Source of the DNA: Octopus bimaculoides
Taxonomy: Eukaryota
NCBI RefSeq assembly: GCF_001194135.2
Contig: NC_068981.1
Span: 165,028,246-165,080,609, forward strand
Reading direction: 5' to 3'
DNA: 52,364 bases
Shown here: positions 39,032-52,359 of the stretch, one piece after another
How positions within the stretch are numbered: position 1 is the stretch's first letter
Layout: the number at the start of each line of letters is the position of its first letter
Position numbers and translations under genes: made by a program
The notes under the pieces: generated by a model
What the model saw: the letters and a program-made list of their open reading frames with translations, nothing else
Told to the model about the DNA's origin: nothing
Databases searched by the model: none

Positions 39032-39240
39032 GAATATGCGACGTTCTATGCGTAAGTATGATAATTCGCTTACAGACCTCACAATTTCGGATTCGGCACT
39101 TTTCACTACAAACCACTCTCAGCAAGTATCCTCAACTATAGCCTTAAGTCGTTAGGGAATCCGATATGCAGAAACTGTGAGGAGACCCAGTGGGTCTGTC
39201 TTTGGGTAAGCTTTATATATACTTGTATTTGTGTGTGTGC

Positions 39241-39312
<72 letters not shown>

Positions 39313-39379
39313 ACGCCCGCGCGCCTGTACGCGTTTTTATGTGTTTTAGGAAAAATTATCTGCTAAAATAAATATATAA

Positions 39380-39486
39380 TAATATATATTTATATATAAA
39401 TATATAAATATATTTATATATATTTATAGAATATATATATAAAAATATATTCTATAAATATAGAATATATATTTATATATTCTATA
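39380..39486. repeat. AT-rich low-complexity tract with two perfect inverted repeats
   Basis: 15-bp arms at 39422-39436 and 39445-39459; 12-bp arms at 39459-39470 and 39475-39486. Confidence 0.9.
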
Positions 39487-39502
39487 AATAAAAGAATATG
39501 TG

Positions 39503-39815
39503 CAGGGGTTGGACAAAATAATGGAAACACCTAGCATCTGTGCATCATAATTTTGAAATACCTATGAAGCTGTCAAAAGCTTGTTTATTTTTGTGTTCTT
39601 TGATTTATTATTACTGATGCTTAATATGTTTTCCTAACATTGCTGTTTCTTTTCAGATATCATCAGAAAATATGGAATTAAAATTCATTAAAGTGACAGA
39701 TCTATCGGACTTTTAAAGAGGTCAATTTGTTGGTGCTCGAATGGCAGGCGCTAGCATAACGTTGAACTGCTTAGTGTATCAAGAAAACAGCTGAAATGTT
39801 TAGTGTATCATGAAG
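39503..39815 (+). mobile_element. Tc1-like transposon 5' end (left TIR plus start of the paired-like HTH)
   Basis: caggggttggacaaaataatggaaacacc terminus, followed by TDLSDF*RGQFVGARMAGAS. Confidence 0.8.
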
Positions 39816-39942
39816 CTTATAAGTAATCGTTTATTCCTTTGCCATCTCTTTTCTTATTACACCCCTATACTCAAGTAACGCTTCGTTCAGAAGCACATAT
39901 ATAATGAATTCTACACCAGGTTATTAGTGTGGAAATGCCTAA

Positions 39943-40205
39943 GCGATATATACATAGTGAGAATTTACAGAGAAACAAAAGATGAAGACAGGTGTGCAAA
40001 CAACAAACAGATGTATTAGTTTAACGCTCGGGAAGTGAGAAAGTCTTTTATGTTTCGAACCTACGCTCTTCGATAGAAAGGAACACAAAATTAAACAGGG
40101 AGAGAAAATAGAAAAGGGTTTGGTGACTAACGATCTATCATAGCGAATGCCGGACAGAGAGGTCACACAAGAGAGCTAGGAAGAAGGGGTGATAATAGTG
40201 GTGAT
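39943..40205 (-). mobile_element. Probable Penelope-like terminal repeat with a degenerate hammerhead-like motif
   Basis: Minus strand 40076-40052 reads CTATCGA-A-GAGC-GTAG-GTTC-GAAAC, flanked by cttt and aaag. Confidence 0.45.
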
Positions 40206-40260
40206 CCCAAAGATATATATAAGTGTGTGTGTGTGTGTGTGACCACGTGTGCAAATTTGG

Positions 40261-40298
<38 letters not shown>

Positions 40299-40356
40299 CA
40301 ACAACTAAAATATATGTTTGTTAGAGAAAACTTATCATTAGAACCGTGATTACTAA

Positions 40357-40573
40357 ATAATGATTCCCACTTTAAACATAGGGCGTGAAACTTTGCAGGA
40401 GGAAGCTTGTCGATAACATTGACTCCAGTACATGACTGGTACTTATTTTATCAACCATGAAAGGATAAAAGGCAAAGTTAACTTCGACAGAATTTGAACT
40501 CAGGACGTATAGATGGACGAAATGCGGCCAAGCCTTTCGTCCAGTGTGCAAACAATTTTACCACCTCGCCGTC
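40357..40573 (-). mobile_element. SINE family C
   Basis: ggtacttattttatcaaccatgaaaggataaaaggcaaag..aatttgaactcag..cacctcgccgtc. Confidence 0.88.
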
Positions 40574-41349
40574 TTATGATTACCAGATAATACTGTCAGG
40601 AACAAAGAGATACATAATAAAATATTTACTAATGCTCGTACTGGCCCACGAAAACTCGGTTTTATTATAATCCATTAAGGGGATTTTAATTCTTAGTCGA
40701 TGGAGCAAATTAAAAGATTATACACAAAAAGAGCAAATGCAGAATGATATTTATTTCGAACGAAATTCGAAGAGTCTTCCAAATCTTAGGCCATTTGTAT
40801 TCTGTGAAATGAGGAGAAGAACAATAAACTGAAGTTTTACTGCTCCGTTTGCAAAGATAAAAAAAAGGAAACCAAGCTATAAAATGTTTTTTTATTCCAC
40901 TTCGGGATTCGTTTATTTGAAATCATTGCATGCATGCGTTCAGAGAATATGTCGTCTGATTCCAGAACGCTCACCATAACGATTTCTTGCCAACTTGTTA
41001 TGTATGTCTCAGTATGCATTGGTGCAACTTCGTTTAAGATGGATCTTGTACTAAAATATGCATATACACGTAACTACAAAGGCATACGCATACTTTGAAA
41101 AGTATATATACATAAATGAGTGTGTATGCGTGCGTGTGTGTGTGTGTGTGTGTCTGTGTGTGTGTGAATAACGGTTCATATATATATATAATTATATGAT
41201 ATATATAAACATACATAACTATATGATATGTGTGTGCATAAATATATATACACATGGGAGCCGGCTTACGCTCGTGAACGATTGTGGCTTGGTAACATAA
41301 TTTAGCTCTTTTAGGACCTCCGTAGTCCCAAGAAAATATAGACACCCTT

Positions 41350-41556
41350 TCCCACTGTTTGGCACAAAGTCACCGCTTTCGGTGCAAGGAGTAAGGGGAT
41401 TACATCGACCTGCAGTGCTCAGCTGATACTTATTTTATTAATTTTAATCCTGAAAGGAATGAAAGACAAAATCGACGCCGGCGGAGTTTGAACTCAGAAC
41501 GTAAAAACAGACGAAATGCCGCTAAGCGTTTTTCCCCGTCGTGCTAACGATTCTAC
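41350..41556 (-). mobile_element. SINE family C
   Basis: gaaaggaatgaaagacaaaatcgacgccggcggagtttgaactcagaacgtaaa..gtgctaacgattct. Confidence 0.88.
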
Positions 41557-42002
41557 TGTCTTTGACTCAACTTTTATTCAATTGTTATGTTGCTATTTTG
41601 TACGTAAGTATATGTACTTTTAAATTTAACATAGACAGTTTAAATGGTTTTCAAGTTTCTGTGATTTTTAGAAGCTGTTAATTTTGTGTTTAATTTTTTT
41701 TTTTTTCGTGATTTAAAAAGTAAAAATTTGTTTTATTACTTTCTATACCCTATTTTGCTTTACAGAAATTTAGAATTCAATAAAAGTTGAATTTGAAGTT
41801 AAGCAACCAGCCGATAAATTTATATTTAGAACTGGAATACGTAATTTTCTCAATCATAGTGACCTCCAGTGTTAAAAACAGGCCTCTGATATCTAAAGCA
41901 TTGAAATCCTAGGAATATTTTAATATCTTTTGATGTACAGCGTCGCTCGCTTCGGCGGGCAATGCTACACATATAGATATATTATTATCATACAATAATT
42001 TA

Positions 42003-42063
42003 AGGCGGCGAGATGGCAGGCCTTGTACCTTTAGTAGAAAGGATCATTATTATTATTATTATT
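42003..42063 (+). mobile_element. Internally deleted mini SINE-C (head fused to tail) with (ATT)n tail
   Basis: ggcggcgagatggcag is joined directly to gccttgtacctttagtagaaaggatcattatt. Confidence 0.75.
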
Positions 42064-42232
42064 GTTCAGTAGTTTTATTTTTATAACGTGCTTTCACTTC
42101 ACTACCGAGCGCAGCTCTGTGTGCCTTGGGTATGTGCTGTGGTTTGCTGTGATGCTCTTATGGTTACTGTATTGAAAGTGTTTTGCGTAGGATGTGTGCT
42201 GTGCCCAGTGGTGCAATTTTCTGTATGTCATA
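42064..42232 (-). mobile_element. 3' end of an R4/Dong-like element (ORF C-terminus plus 3' UTR)
   Basis: Minus strand 42232-42164 encodes YDIQKIAPLGTAHILRKTLSIQ*. About 100 nt of UTR follow and run into (AAT)n. Confidence 0.85.
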
Positions 42233-42244
42233 TATATATATATA

Positions 42245-42372
<128 letters not shown>

Positions 42373-42375
42373 GAA

Positions 42376-42609
42376 GGCAGCGAGTTGGCTGAATCGTTAG
42401 CACACCGGGTAAAATGTTTAGTGGCATTTCGTTCGTCTTTACCTTCTGAGTTCAAATTCCACCAAGGCCTACTTTGCCTTTCATCTTTTCAGGTTCGATT
42501 AATTAAGTACCAGTGAAACATTGGGGTCGATGTTTTCTACTAGTCTCCTCCCCTAAAAAAAACTTCTGGCCTTGTGCCTGTAGTAGAAAGGATTATTATC
42601 ATTATTAGT

Positions 42610-42642
<33 letters not shown>

Positions 42643-42870
42643 ATTGAAAGCAGCGAGTAGACAGAATCGTAAGCGCGCCGGGCCAAATACTTAGCGGCAT
42701 TTCGTTCGTCTTTACGTTTTGAGTTCAAATTCCGCTGACGCCGATTTTGCCTTTCATCCTTTCGGGATCAATAAATTAAGTACTAGTGAAACACTGGGGT
42801 CGATGTAATCGACCAGCACCCGCCACCTCTTCAATTTCAAGTCTTATGCCTATAGCAGAAAGGGTTATTA
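42376..42870 (+). mobile_element. Two head-to-tail SINE-C copies (42376-42600 and 42648-42870) separated by an ATT/(GTT)n tract
   Basis: Both show the head, gagttcaaattcc, the core and the gcct.tag.agaaagg.ttatta tail. Confidence 0.9.
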
Positions 42871-43270
42871 TAGAATAACGTTTTAAAAGTTAGATGAAAA
42901 TGTTTAGAATAACAAGATTTATATTAACAAAGTTTACATTTAATTATTTAATGAAATACGGTGTTTATTGAAAACAGAAATCAAAACATGATATACAATA
43001 ACATTGGCCAACAGTTGTTGAAAATTGGTCGAACAAAAGCTTGCTCGCTGTGCGTGCATGCGTATATTTTCCCATAGCTTGCGCATGATGGTATGTGCAG
43101 ATTTTGTCCCACGAGGTCTTCGATCTCGCCTTTTCTCTGTGCATAATTGTGGGATAAGTTCAGTTTCATACGTAAAGTTCTGCAAAGATTCAATGTGAAA
43201 TTGAGTTGTTACAGAGATGACAAACATTAGTGTTGAGATATTTAGACACAGTAGAAAGTGATTCCAAATG

Positions 43271-43271
<1 letters not shown>

Positions 43272-43340
<69 letters not shown>
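43272..43340. repeat. (GATA)n microsatellite
   Basis: Direct reading. A similar (GATA)n/(GA)n compound lies at 44512-44640. Confidence 0.97.
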
Positions 43341-44232
43341 CTGTAAACTCTGTACATTACTCTGCAATCAGGAACTTTGTGCTGATTATGCTTCTCCGAG
43401 GAGGCGCAATGATGCTGAAATCCTTTTCCAAGTTGCTACCAGCGATCATTCTGATGACAATTCACTTGTATCATTTAGTTTAGTGTATAAATCTACTGAA
43501 TTTTGTTCACATTACGCTTATAATTTCAATTGGTTAAACATTCTTTGTGGCTCACACTCTCAAATCATATCGCACCATTAAAATCTGAAAAAAAGTAAAA
43601 ACACTTTAGCTAATGAAGATCTTTGCCCGAATAAAAAGCAAAAAAACAACAAAAAAACAATAAAAGAATGAGTGAGTCATAGTTTTACTTAGTTGGAGTC
43701 CATTTGGGACTTAACAAAAAACATCCAGAACAACAACAATAAACTGCATTCTTTATATATGAGTTCTATATTGGTCATAGAGTGTAGAGGCAAAACGTAA
43801 GCTTTTTCACTGTTGAATTGCTGTCAGCTCTTTAACTTGAAATATATATATATAGTGTATGTGTGTGTTATATATATGATATATATACATATACACATAA
43901 ATATGATGGCATATATATATCGTATAAATATATATATTTTTATATATANNNNNNNNNNNNNNNNNNNNNNNNNNNNNNNNNNNNNNNNNNNNNNNNNNNN
44001 NNNNNNNNNNNNNNNNNNNNNNNNNNNNNNNNNNNNNNNNNNNNNNNNNNNNNNNNNNNNNNNNNNNNNNNNNNNNNNNNNNNNNNNNNNNNNNNNNNNN
44101 NNNNNNNNNNNNNNNNNNNNNNNNNNNNNNNNNNNNNNNNNNNNNNNNNNNNNNNNNNNNNNNNNNNNNNNNNNNNNNNNNNNNNNNNNNNNNNNNNNNN
44201 NNNNNNNNNNNNNNNNNNNNNNNNNNNNNNNN

Positions 44233-44283
<51 letters not shown>

Positions 44284-44523
44284 AGGGTATTGAATAGATT
44301 CGTGGAAGTCTATAGCAGGCATTTCAAATTGCATAAAATTGTATTGGCATTTAGCGGGAGCGTGTTTTCTTATGCCTGTAGTAAATAATTCCAATTGCCC
44401 AATGCTGAGATCATTTTTGTGCTTATGGTATATTATAGTATGCAATAAACGAATTCTCCTTAGCTGGCCCTTGCCGTTTGCTATCTTTTATTATGCTTAA
44501 TAGCAGTCAAGAGATAGATAGAC

Positions 44524-44639
<116 letters not shown>

Positions 44640-45784
44640 TGGAGAGGAAAATAGTGATTATAAAAAGATGGGAAGGTGAAATGGGGGGTTATAATGTATG
44701 CATGCAATTCGAGGTGTGAGTCTGCTGTCCGTAAGAATCCGAAACTGGTCATCTGAGTAGATGACAACTGATGTAACACAAAAACTGCTTTCCGTTCGAA
44801 TTCGTCTTTCCTCTTTTCCTTCTTGATTTATTTGTTTCCTTGTTTCTTTATGATTTTTCCTTCTGTTTCTTTCTTTTACTCGTTCATTTATTTATTCTTT
44901 CATTTACTTATTCTTATTTTTTAGTGAGTAATATTTTATATTTTGTTCATTTTATGTATTCCTTATACGTATATATTTTTATGTCTATTCCTCTATCTAC
45001 CTATCTATATACAGATCTATTTATTTATCTAACTACATATCTATCTATTTCTCTCTCTCCCCTATTTCTCCCCCCTCTCTCTCTAGCTGCATACACGCGT
45101 GTTTGTGTATGAGTGCGTTTGTGTGTATATATTTTATATATACCTGCATATATATATATATATATATATANNNNNNNNNNNNNNNNNNNNNNNNNNNNNN
45201 NNNNNNNNNNNNNNNNNNNNNNNNNNNNNNNNNNNNNNNNNNNNNNNNNNNNNNNNNNNNNNNNNNNNNNNNNNNNNNNNNNNNNNNNNNNNNNNNNNNN
45301 NNNNNNNNNNNNNNNNNNNNNNNNNNNNNNNNNNNNNNNNNNNNNNNNNNNNNNNNNNNNNNNNNNNNNNNNNNNNNNNNNNNNNNNNNNNNNNNNNNNN
45401 NNNNNNNNNNNNNNNNNNNNNNNNNNNNNNNNNNNNNNNNNNNNNNNNNNNNNNNNNNNNNNNNNNNNNNNNNNNNNNNNNNNNNNNNNNNNNNNNNNNN
45501 NNNNNNNNNNNNNNNNNNNNNNNNNNNNNNNNNNNNNNNNNNNNNNNNNNNNNNNNNNNNNNNNNNNNNNNNNNNNNNNNNNNNNNNNNNNNNNNNNNNN
45601 NNNNNNNNNNNNNNNNNNNNNNNNNNNNNNNNNNNNNNNNNNNNNNNNNNNNNNNNNNNNNNNNNNNNNNNNNNNNNNNNNNNNNNNNNTATTATCTGAT
45701 TCTTTTATTATTAATTTATTGTTCACCTCCACACTGACTGCCAAGCAGGTTTTCTAAATCGTGAATGATGTTTCCGTAGCAGAA

Positions 45785-45886
45785 ATAATGATGATGATGA
45801 TGATGATCATTACGATGATGATGAACACAGTGGTGATGATGATGATGATAATTTTTATTATCATTATTGTTAATAATAATAATGAA

Positions 45887-45943
<57 letters not shown>
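45785..45943. repeat. (ATG)n/(AAT)n compound microsatellite
   Basis: Direct reading. Confidence 0.95.
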
Positions 45944-47121
45944 CGCGAGAAGAAGAATGAAAAATAGCAAGAAGAAAAATCAGCAAAATCTGTTTCCCAA
46001 ATATGGCAGCTAAAAGATATGAAGAAAAAAGCAGAATAAATACGATAAACATTTAAAAAGAAAAAGAAATCTGCATGGTGGGGCTGCGGATTATTCCAGT
46101 CCGAGATTTTGAAGATTCTATTGAATCTGTTCTTTACCAAATTTCTATAGAATCTAAAGATTCTTCAAGATTTCTTTATAGATCTTTTCTCTACTGGCTA
46201 TAATAGACTTTTCAAAAGAATTATGGGTAAAATATAAAAACGAAAAAATGTATACACAAAAATACATAGAATACTGGTGAGTGAATAAAAAACAGAAACA
46301 AGTTACTAGAACTATATATCGACTTTGTATCATTCTAAATCCATAGAAGTGTAGATATACTTGTAGATAAACTGGTGAATGGAAAAGTATTCTAATAAAA
46401 GAACTTATATTATTGAAAAACTCACTCGCTGAGATGGAGTTTGTAATGTTATGTTGTCATATAGAAGACTTATATACGTTCGAAGAAAACGTTGTAAACG
46501 ATTATGGTCGTAATGTGACATACATTTTCTAATGAGGAAGTCATAACAATGTAATTATAATGATACAATCATAATGATTGAAGTTCTAATAATATAGTAG
46601 CTGCAGTATGAGCACCTGCAGCAGGAGCAGCAGCAACAGTAGCACTTGCAGCAGGAGCAGTAGCTGCAGTTTGCATAGTTTTAATGGAATACAATGCAGA
46701 AGGCGTGGCACGAACGGAGAGAGGAGCAAGAAAGTTGAACTTTATAGTTCTGATTCTTACTATTTTCACCCTTTGTGCTCCATGTTGAATTTCTGCTGGA
46801 AAGTCATTCAAATTTATACTAGTAATATATTTAAAGAACGTTAAGCCAACCCTACTCGCACAAATTTTCTGATCTTGTGCCATAGTTTAAAAGAAAAATT
46901 TGAATGGTGTTTGATTGGATGAAGTGATGCAGCATCAGACCTATTTTGTATTGCAATGTATGCCCTCAACGTTCTGGACTATGGAATCCATGTTGTCATT
47001 TCCCCCTCTAAAAACCTAAAGCCAGTCAAGTGTTGTAATCGGTGTAATCGAATGCATTTCTCACCTGACAGTTATCATTTTGAATCTATATTTGAAATTA
47101 TCATCACAATGCAATTAAATA

Positions 47122-47335
47122 GGCAGCGAGCTGACAGGATCTTTAGCGCATCGGACGAAAAGTTTTTTCGTCTCATTACGTTCTGAGTTCAAATCCAGCT
47201 AAGGACAACATTGCCTTTTATCCTTACAGAGTCGATGAAATAAAATACCACTCCAGTACTGGGGTCAATGTAATCAACCAAGCACCTTTCCTTACAATTG
47301 CTGGTCTTGTGTCAAAATTTGAAATTACCATTATA
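47122..47335 (+). mobile_element. SINE family C, decayed
   Basis: ggcagcgagctgacagga..ttacgttctgagttcaaatcc..ctggggtcaatgtaatc. Confidence 0.85.
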
Positions 47336-47452
47336 ATGCAAGCATTAGTAAAAACAAAATATCAAGTAAATAAGTTATCGAGCTTTGTTGCGTGTCAGTT
47401 CATTTACTCGTTGCTTTTCTGGAGAACTCAAGAAGGAAGTAGCTCTCATATA

Positions 47453-47675
47453 TACGAGAGGGGTGCTGAAACGTTGCTAACTTTGGATAAAAGAAAACAT
47501 TTGGGGGACCAGTTAATTATAAATTTATGCAACATATTCTCCTTTCAGAAAAAACACACTTATTACAGCGGTCCTTTAGTTTTTCCAAGCCCTGTAAACG
47601 AGCTCGAGAAGTCGGGCCGTCAACCAAGTCTTTCAGGATACCCTTAAAGCCAGAAACTTTTCAGCACCCCCTAGT
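47453..47675. mobile_element. Mariner-derived MITE, copy 3
   Basis: TAcgagaggggtgctgaaacgttg...ccagaaacttttcagcacccctagTA with the same interior as copies 1 and 2. Confidence 0.88.
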
Positions 47676-48877
47676 ACAAGCAAACAAAAAGGCCTCTACG
47701 TGATCACTGAAACTATTAAAATCAAATGCTAAATTTTCGCTCATATCACATAGTACATACCACCTCAGAATACAGGACGCATTCAGTAACGTAGTCTTTA
47801 AATACACACCACCTAAGAAAGACAGCGTGATCACGGCAGGCGTGTTAATGGTCGGTCTTCTTGATCAGATCTGACTTGGATTTTAAAATAATTGCTTTAT
47901 AAGTGAATCAGAAGAGAAGGTTTTATATGCTCGCAACGCCAGCACAAATTAGAAGTTGAATACTGCTCATATCACAGGTAATGTGACAGGATGTGATTAC
48001 TGTTGAAATGACTTTGAGTATAGGTTGGCTTAACCCAGGATAGTCTGAAGATAAACTTGGTAAAAGTACAATGTAGGTTGTTTTCTCAGCTCATTTACCG
48101 CGTATACTGAAGTACAATGCGATCTCGAATTTAATACGACCTCAGCATTTTGTACAAACACTTCCTTTTACATAGAACGTGTACGTACGTAGGTACGCAT
48201 GCATGCATATATGTACGTATGTATGTATGTATATATGTATGTACGTATATATGCATGAATATATAGATAGATGGATAGAGGGATAGATAGATATGCATAT
48301 ATATATATACATGTATATTTACATATATGATCCCGTACATACATACATACATACATATATACATACATATCACTAATGCCTTGTAGGCTTATGCACAATA
48401 ACTATGCAGAAGTTTGTCTTTGCGTGTATGTGTGTATATATGTATGTATGTATGCATATATGTAATATACATACATAAATATAAGTTAAATGAACAGTAT
48501 GGCTTCTCAATCTTAGCTCGTTGTATATCTGTTTAAAATCAAATTGCGTCTAATTTATTTAAATACCACATCATTTATCTCTCTTTACTATTAGAGAGCC
48601 ATACATTATTATATATCAATTTAACAAGTATATTCACAACTGTTGGATGTAGCGTTCAGACAAAATTTTCACGATGGAGAATGCTTACATGAATTCAAAG
48701 AATCTAAAGATATTCTCCGACACCGGTTGTAAACATGGTAAAAAGTAAATAAATAAATGCTTTTAGGCAGACTTAGTTCCGTCTATCTCCATAAAACACG
48801 AGATTATCTGCAATATTTGTACATATAAATATGTGTGTGTGGGTGTGTGTATGTGTGGGGGTGCATATATGTATATA

Positions 48878-48916
<39 letters not shown>

Positions 48917-49684
48917 ATGTATATATGTATATATATATATATATATATGTATATACATNNNNNNNNNNNNNNNNNNNNNNNNNNNNNNNNNNNNNNNNNN
49001 NNNNNNNNNNNNNNNNNNNNNNNNNNNNNNNNNNNNNNNNNNNNNNNNNNNNNNNNNNNNNNNNNNNNNNNNNNNNNNNNNNNNNNNNNNNNNNNNNNNN
49101 NNNNNNNNNNNNNNNNNNNNNNNNNNNNNNNNNNNNNNNNNATATATATATATATATATATACATATGTATACATATATATATGAATATATATATGTATA
49201 TAATGTATATATGTATTGTAAATGTATGCGTATTTTTTCAATGTGTACAAATAACACGGTAAAAATAAATAGTTACCAGAAAAGCAAAAATTTCACATAA
49301 GTACCAAGAATGTTACAGACTACTTATAAAGGTAGAAATTCCAGGGTTTAGTGAAATGTTTTGTATAACAGTTAAATAAAGAAATGGAGTCAGAACCGGA
49401 AGTAATTTTACATCAATAAACAAACGTCTTTTTCACATAGGTAGTTCTTCATTTCAGTTGTCCAAAAGAATATCTAACCCTTACTCTACATTTAGACATA
49501 TTAATAAACGCAACAATATTGGGCTTACTAAATTAATTTGGTCTCTGAAGGAACATAATAAACAATTTGATTTGGAATATTCTATCTAGCTCCTTTCCAT
49601 ATGATAAAGGTAAATCTTCTCGCCCGCTCTGTAACGAAGAACTCTATCGCATCCTGTTCTCAGAGAATTCTCTTATAAGCACGT

Positions 49685-50743
49685 TCAAATAACGCGTTTA
49701 TCATTGCAATTTTTGCTAAAAGGCTGGTGATAACTCCTCAGAGATCTATGCAAAGTCACAGAAACTGTATAGAGACAAGTGTATGAGCAGGACACGAGTG
49801 TAGGAGTGGTTAAAACATATCCAAGATGACCGACAGAATGTATACAGTGAGATGCGTTCTGAGAGACCAGCAACCAGAAGAACTAATGAACCATCGCAGA
49901 TGTCCGTGAAGCTGTTTGGAAAGACCGTCAATTCCCCGTGCATGTGTTCAGTCAATTGTCATTGAAGAATTGGATATGAGACATATGTCTGCCAAGTTTG
50001 TCCCGAAAGTGCTTTCAGTTGAGCAAAAGGAAGGTCGCATTTCAACCGCGCAAGATCTACCTGATAGTGACAAGGAAGGCGAAAACTTTTTGAAAATGGT
50101 CATAACGAGTGGCGAATCGCGGATCCATAGCCATGACCTGGAGACTAAGTCTTAGTATTTACTGTGTAAGACTCCAGCCTCTCCGGCACAAAGAAAGACG
50201 AATGAGTTGAAACAATGTGAAGACATTGTTAACAGTTTTCTTCGACTACTAAGGCCCTGTTCACCATGGTATATCCCCCTAGTCAGACAGAAAACAAGAA
50301 GTATTACCATGATGTGTTGCGGCGTTTGCGGGACGCTGTTCATCGGAAAAGGACAGAACAGCATGTGTCATACCAGTAGTAACTCCACCACGACAGCGTA
50401 CATGCCCATTCAGTGCAGCTTGTGTTGAAGCTTTCAGCCAAACTCAACATTTCCTAGGTCCGACAACCACCCTATTCCCCTGATCGTGCCCCTAGCGACG
50501 TTTTGCCTTTTTCGAAAAGTCAAATCCCACTTGATAGAAGCAATATTTAAGACGTCGAGGAAATCCAAGACAATGCGACCAGGCAGTTGCTCACTATCCC
50601 AAAAAAGGAATTCCAGGAATGCTTCCATCAGTGGAATCGATGCCGGATAAATTACGTGGCTTCAGAAGGAGTCGACTTCAAAGGAGATAAAATGCTGAAT
50701 TGATAGTTTTCTCAGTTTCGTTACTTTTTGATCAGACTTCGTA
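49685..50743 (+). mobile_element. Mariner transposase pseudogene with right TIR
   Basis: SSEIYAKSQKLYRDKCMSRTRV*EW, RSERP, SAKFVPKVLSVEQK, ITSGESRIH, HDSVHAH, QPPYSPDRAPSD and a C-terminal EGVDFKGDK. Terminus gttactttttgatcagacttcgTA at 50720-50743. I found no left TIR. Confidence 0.92.
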
Positions 50744-51311
50744 TACATATATAGAAAGATGAATGGAAAATATGGTAGATCTATAAATGTTTCATTAAGA
50801 TATTTTATTGCGACGTAACATTGTACAGGCAGATATATATAACGTTCAAAATCTATATGATTATGCTATACGTTGCATTTAAGGTTATACGCACATTTTC
50901 AGGTTATACCATAATAGACAAGTAATTACTGGTATACTACTAAGTCAAAGAACAGGGTAACATATGTTACTAAATGCAATATATTACCAAACCTTATAAA
51001 TATTGCACGCCCATACGATGTTACGTCACAATAAAATCTTCTTATAACACATTTGTAGATATAGCGTATAATCAATTCGTTTGTCATTATTATTATATTA
51101 CGCCACGCTGAAAATTTCACTCTATTTTTGGATTTTACGTCTGGATGTGCGGATTATCAAATCCCAGTGAACTTTAATCTGTTGATGCCTCCTCGCTGAC
51201 TGTATGGATTGTTTATCTGTTGATTTATGTCATACTGTCTATCCATCAAATGTGGTGTGCTTCGCTTTGATCTGCCTAGATCTCTTAAATGGATCCCTAT
51301 TAATCTACACA

Positions 51312-51352
<41 letters not shown>

Positions 51353-51437
51353 GTATATAAATATATGAATCTGTGTGCGCGCACGCGCGTGTATGCACGT
51401 ATTTATGTATGTATAGTTACATATGTACATACGCGCC

Positions 51438-51471
<34 letters not shown>

Positions 51472-51802
51472 TACATGACTATCGCGCTGGGTACACGGTT
51501 TGTTTAGATTCTTTGCTGCTTCATCTTGTTTAACAATATATAAAGCATTACTTTTATGTTTTCGTTTCATACAATAAATCAAAAACTTCATTTAACTTAT
51601 TCGGCTTAATTATAATTCAAAATTTTACTCAGAGAAATTTCGAAATCCATCTCAATAACATTATAATAAATATTAAAACCTAGAATTATACTGAGTCCGT
51701 TGTTTAGCAAATGTTCGTTGATTTTATGCATATAGCAAACGCTCCTTTTCTATAACTTTAGAATTTATTTGTGCGGATTATGGTTTTCAAATACCACACA
51801 CG

Positions 51803-51839
<37 letters not shown>

Positions 51840-51844
51840 GTATA

Positions 51845-52287
51845 GGCGCAGACGTGGCTGTGTGGTAAGATGCTTGCTTCCCAACCACATGGTTCCGGGT
51901 TCAGTCAAACTGCGTGGCAGCTTTGGCTAGTGTCTTCTGTCAAAACTGCTAGCCGACGACGGCCTTGTGAGAAGATTTGGTAGACGGAAACTGAAAGAAA
52001 CCCGTTGTATAGATATGTGTGTATGTGGGTGTGTGTGTCTTTGTGTTTCTGCTTGTCTCACAACCACTGCTTGACAACTGATATTGGTGTGCTTGAGACC
52101 GAGAGGTTAAGTATCAGGCTTTAAAAACAAGTACTGTGGTCATTTCGTTCGACAAAAGTTCATGGCGGGCCCTCAGCACAGCCTCAGGCCCATTGCGTGC
52201 CACCTTGGGTAAGTGTCTTCTACTATAGCTTCGGGCCGATTAAAGCCCTGTCAGTGGATTTGGTGAACGGACACTGAAACAAGCCCG

Positions 52288-52292
<5 letters not shown>
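51845..52292 (+). mobile_element. SINE family A (51845-52185) fused to a second partial copy (52189-52292)
   Basis: Head ggcgcagacgtggctgtgtggtaag..ggttccgggttcagtc. The internal segment gccaccttgggtaagtgtcttctactatag restarts at about 52189. Confidence 0.9.

Positions 52293-52359
<67 letters not shown>

Noticed and set aside
42940-43240. Minus-strand ORFs of 95 and 70 aa
   Set aside because: Faint resemblance to a Tc1-type C-terminus suggests TE debris. There are no TIRs or catalytic motifs to support a call and no splice support for a gene.
44735-44780. Hammerhead-like arrangement around the hairpin gtcatct-gagt-agatgac
   Set aside because: The CTGATG lacks the following A and does not abut the stem, so the geometry does not fit.
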